A stretch of 64,000 nt of DNA from Ostrea edulis (lineage: Eukaryota): assembly GCF_947568905.1 (NCBI RefSeq), contig NC_079170.1, positions 36,208,001-36,272,000 on the forward strand. Direction: 5' to 3'. Positions 59,609 through 64,000 of this stretch are shown here, piece after piece; the first letter of the stretch is position 1; each line of letters opens with the position of its first letter. The notes under the pieces are model-generated. The model was not told where the DNA came from, did no database searches, and saw nothing but the letters and a program-made list of their open reading frames with translations. A program made the position numbers and the translations under genes.

Positions 59609-61620
59609 ACCCAATTTTCAGTTACCGCTCCATCAGTTTACCTGTGTCAGGATCAATGTCCATCCCCCTATCAATCAAACTTTCAGCAATAGAGCTAAAT
59701 TTGATTGGCAGGCAAAAAGATCATGAATCAGCGAGGGATACCTGTGTTTGGACAATAGTTGCATGCCCACTATCGCCTTTTCCATTAGCTTGATTAACTA
59801 ATGAATCAATGCTGAGATAAATTATTTCAATTTCAAGTCCATAATTATGAATAATTGATGTCAATATTAGAAAAAATTAGGGTTAAGGTAAGGAATTCTA
59901 ATGAAGTAAAACTCCGTAATCTCCCGATTAAAATCTGAGATCACAAAACACTTTAATCGTACAATGTCCTGTAACTGTAACGATCACACAACTTTCTGGT
60001 ATAAAAAGGTGAAGATAACGAACAGTAATCAATCTCATAACTCCTATGAAGAATAAAAAACTAAAGGTAGGGCAAACACGGACTCTCGGACATCTCAAAA
60101 GTGAGATTAGGTGCCTAGGAGTAATCATCCCCTGTCGACCGGTAACACCCGCCATGAACCCTATATTTCGATTGGGTAAACGGAGAAATGAAAAGGTGAA
60201 GATAACGAACAGTGAGCAATCTCATATGAATAATCCAAATTTAAAAGTAGGACAAAGACGAACGCCATGATATACCAGAGGTGAGATCAGGTGCCTAGGA
60301 GAAGTAAGCATCCCTTGCCGACCGGTCACATCCGCCGTGAGCCCTATATCTTGATCAGGCATTCAAATTATGAGCACTATATAATCAGATGTCTTCGTTT
60401 CACAATATGATAGGAAAAGATGCATTCACAAGTATTCTTTTATATTTGTAGACGAGCATTGCACGGTAGACACTATGGACGAGTTCATTGCTGATTAGAG
60501 GGATTGAAGGTAGACGCATATTCTTGATACAATGCATGCCCGAGTCTCTGCATATAGTAAATAAATGATCAATGAATACATGTATAAGAATTACCTTTAC
60601 TTTGCTCTTCACATTAGGGGAGAAAGGGTTATGGAAGATTTCAATCGAAAGCGAAAGCTGTGAGAGTTATTTTGTATCCTGCAGACTATAAAGTCGTAAA
60701 GCTACATTGGACCATTAAACTTTACAAATAATAAATGAAAATCTCAGAGATGACAATTTGGAGTCACTGATAGGGGTAAAATGCGTGATTTCATCGAGAG
60801 GTTGAAGGGTGACCATTTGCTGTTATTTAGTATCTTTTTATTTGTAGACAGAACATAGAATAGCTGCGCTGGGTTTTTTTCTGCAGGAATTGTTGAAAAG
60901 GTAGATTTCGGCTGGAATTCGTCGATGATTAGTTTGTTGTTGTACCTTTGATCTCTTCCTCATGGTCAGACTGGGTTTTGATCTATTATTGTTAAACACT
61001 AACTGGATCTGAAATAGAAAAATATTATCATAGCAAAATTATGATCATATATTGCTATAATTGTTTCATTTTGTCTTTCATGCATATGCTAAGAAACAAC
61101 TTTGCATATTCACGATCATTGTGCTTTTCGTTTGGTATACATAAATCATAAATTGTAATTAAAATATCAAATTTGACAGGGTATAACACCCGGATTCGAT
61201 ATATTTTGGCGACCAAAACGTGATTTCAGTCCGAGTTGGTGATGTCTAAAAAAAAACCAACGAATTTATGATTTGAGATGGTTAAATTCCGTGAACCGAT
61301 ATACCGCAACTAAATTAATACAAGTTTATTCACAAAACATGTCAAATAGCTAATTTAGATATTGTAATATCATCTTATAATATCAAAGAAATAAACGTTT
61401 ATTTTTAAAACATTTCATACACATAAAATTAGCAACATCCAATCCCCGATATGTCCAACAACACGGACTAAAACACCATGGGCAATAGACATCTGAGTAC
61501 AGAAAATACCATACAGTATAATACAGTGACGTGTATAAAACATAAAACATAGCATGGCTGCTCTACTGTACTCAGGACAGAATCAATAGAATTCCATCCA
61601 TGTTTTCTACCAAATATACT

Positions 61621-63597
61621 TCACACAGAACATTGCCACAGAAAACAATCGAAGTTACCTGTCTTGAAGCCTCTACAAGTTGGAAAATCTTTAGGAACCG
61701 GAGGCAAGTTTGGGAAGGACTCATTCAGAAGTAATGTCATTCCATCTGCTGAGTGAAGCTGGATGTGGCAATGCATGATCCACAATCCTGGATTATCAGC
61801 CCTAATCCTCACCACCACGTAGCCACCACTAGGGACGATTATTGTGTCTTTTTGTGGAGGATCCACAAGGTTAAGACCAGGGATATTTCCATTCTTCCAT
61901 GATGGATCACTCCACGTGGCGTCATTGCAGAAACTTTTATCTTGGGTAGTCCCCCCACGACAGTCTATGTCCGAGTTCTGTGAAATGAATTCACCAGTGG
62001 AAGTGTTGTAGTTACCATACCCCATCTTTATTACATAAAAACTGTGACCGTGCATGTGAATTGGATGGGACCAACCCTTTCCTATTCCCATGTTGACAAA
62101 CACAAACTGAACCGTGTCATTGTGGTTCAGATCAATAGTATTGGTGCACGAACAAACCTTCTGTTCCCCACAGTCAACTTTTGAGCATTGTTCAGTTATT
62201 TCGGTTGGTTGAGAGATCCCCGAGACTGTGGGAAACCTGAATTCTATACCGTTAACAGAGTCAGGTTTAAATGTCAGTCCTGGAAAGGCAAAATTTAGAA
62301 AATATTCTTGAAAGGCCCCTGGTTGAACATCTGGCACGCCAGTAGGATCATTGCTTTTGATAGCATCCATTGTAATACACTGGGTATGTTTTTCGTTTGG
62401 ATAAAATGAAAATGGACAATTCAAGACCAAGCATTCCTTTGAAGAAAGACATTGTGTTCTTGTTGAAAATATGTTTATGTAATTCTGATCCGCCCCTTCA
62501 TAGTGCAAGATCGCCTCTCCAATAGTGCGCCTATCTACCTCTAACGTTTGACCTCTGATCATATAATTTCCAACGTTCTCGTTGGCTTGTATAATGAAAT
62601 CGAATCTCTCTCCAGGATGTAGGATCACTGACTCAACAACTACTGGTTTTATGTAATAACCATCTGTGGCAACAACTGTCAAAGGATGGCTGTCAATGGA
62701 AATTCTGTATGGATACATTGCGGCAGCATTTATCACACGAAATCTATAGTTTCTATGCCGATGAACTTTAAAAACTTCGAGAGGCGCCTCGTTATGTGTG
62801 TGAGTAATTGGGTCGTTATACCTTCCTTTGCCATTTATTAAAGCTGATTGGGCGTACCAAGGACCAAATTTCGAGCCATCCAGCGCCATCGAGTTTTTGA
62901 TTTCTATTCTGTTTAGGACGACTCCTACATCCGCATAAAGAAATGCTTGATCTACACCATAGGCATGGTTCCAGTCCTGAATCTGCATCACAAACTCTTC
63001 AGCCACTCCATGTACAATGTGTGGTGGATGACGCTCTTTGATAATCAGTGCACCGTACAAGCCCTTTGCTCTCTGTGCTCCAACATGGGAATGATACCAA
63101 TATGTACCGCTCGGTCTAGCTTTAAAGGTGTGTGTAAAAGTTTGTCCTGGATTGATAGGACACTGTGTTACAAAACCGACCCCGTCCATATAGGGTGTGT
63201 CTTTCTGTGGAAGACCGTGCCAGTGAATGGTTACTGTGTCGGAATATAAATTATTCTTGACATGAACTATTAAGGTTTGATCCTCGTACACGGTAATTGT
63301 CGGTCCTGGTAGAGTGCCGTTTGCGACGATCACGACTCTTTGCATTTCCCAGCCGTCTGCTGTATTGACTTCATCAATATTTACCGGTGTTGCAGCGGTG
63401 ATGTTCTTGACGTCATAACGGTACAAAAGACCGCCTTTCGGGAAAATAGCTAATTCTTTTTCATGGAACATTGTCAATGCCGTGGATATATCCAAAGAGG
63501 TTTCACAAATCGATGCATGTTTATCGCATGTAAAGGCAGACCCATTCTTTGCAAGAATAAGAATAACGGAAACTGTTACACACAATATGGAATACAT
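61621..63597 (-). CDS. Laccase-type multicopper oxidase, paralogue C copy 2
   Basis: One amino-acid difference seen from copy 1 (RRTIGEAIL vs RRTIAEAIL) plus several synonymous changes. Donor at 61659/61658; candidate tail exon 61008-60992. Confidence 0.92.
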   Translation of the reverse strand: MYSILCVTVSVILILAKNGSAFTCDKHASICETSLDISTALTMFHEKELAIFPKGGLLYRYDVKNITAATPVNIDEVNTADGWEMQRVVIVANGTLPGPTITVYEDQTLIVHVKNNLYSDTVTIHWHGLPQKDTPYMDGVGFVTQCPINPGQTFTHTFKARPSGTYWYHSHVGAQRAKGLYGALIIKERHPPHIVHGVAEEFVMQIQDWNHAYGVDQAFLYADVGVVLNRIEIKNSMALDGSKFGPWYAQSALINGKGRYNDPITHTHNEAPLEVFKVHRHRNYRFRVINAAAMYPYRISIDSHPLTVVATDGYYIKPVVVESVILHPGERFDFIIQANENVGNYMIRGQTLEVDRRTIGEAILHYEGADQNYINIFSTRTQCLSSKECLVLNCPFSFYPNEKHTQCITMDAIKSNDPTGVPDVQPGAFQEYFLNFAFPGLTFKPDSVNGIEFRFPTVSGISQPTEITEQCSKVDCGEQKVCSCTNTIDLNHNDTVQFVFVNMGIGKGWSHPIHMHGHSFYVIKMGYGNYNTSTGEFISQNSDIDCRGGTTQDKSFCNDATWSDPSWKNGNIPGLNLVDPPQKDTIIVPSGGYVVVRIRADNPGLWIMHCHIQLHSADGMTLLLNESFPNLPPVPKDFPTCRGFKTGNFDCFLWQCSV

Positions 63598-64000
63598 CTG
63601 AAATAGATGTAAATACATTTTTGGATAAATAAAGCATCAATTTGATTTAGACAAATCTATCCTAATCTTACCATTGAAAGGAGAGTTATACCCTGACTTT
63701 CAAATCACAGATATTCAATTTGATATGTAACAAATGTGTTACCCGAATGCAGTGATGTTTTTTTCCTTATATGTTCAGAGCATCAGATGAAAGGTGAAGA
63801 TAACGAACAATGATCAATTTCATAACTTATTTAAGGAATACAAAATAGAGTTGGGCAAACACGGACCCCTGGATATTTAGATGTAGGATCAGGTGTTTAG
63901 GAGGAATAAGCATCCCCTGTTAACCGGTCACACCCACCGTGATGTAATGCTGATAAATCATATTTATTATTACTATTGAAATCCACCTCCTTCAAGTCAG

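Larger units (their letters stand above)
47817..64000 (+). repeat. Segmental duplication, copy 2 (runs off the window end)
   Basis: Identity with copy 1 begins abruptly at ATAAAAATGCGAGTATGGAGTTACCTTAAG (47817 = 18815) and persists to base 64000 (= 35003). Confidence 0.97.

Overview
AT-rich eukaryotic DNA. The repeat families and gene content suggest a bivalve, probably an oyster (inference). The window holds a cluster of five laccase-type multicopper oxidase genes: three paralogues (lacA -, lacB +, lacC -) plus second copies of lacB and lacC. Those copies lie in a duplicated block of at least 16 kb, about 99% identical by eye (18815-35003 vs 47817-64000, offset ~29.0 kb). The catalytic part of each laccase is one ~1.95-kb exon. 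The ORF-track C-termini are intron read-through: lacA and lacB have hidden phase-1 terminal exons encoding GPI-signal-like hydrophobic tails. Features the ORF track misses: (i) a spliced, stop-interrupted gene at 561-2461 whose product resembles a bacterial beta-class N6-adenine/N4-cytosine DNA methyltransferase fold with a degenerate catalytic motif, followed by a palindromic 32-bp minisatellite; (ii) minimal type I hammerhead ribozymes in a Penelope-like repeat; (iii) the 3' exons of a single-pass membrane protein gene ending just before the duplication junction; (iv) many mobile-element remnants (Penelope-like RT and its 3' module, RTE and CR1/L2-type LINE ends, Gypsy integrase, SINEs, a TTAA-flanked DNA element, a probable Crypton remnant). 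All alignments and translations were done by eye; no database searches were run.
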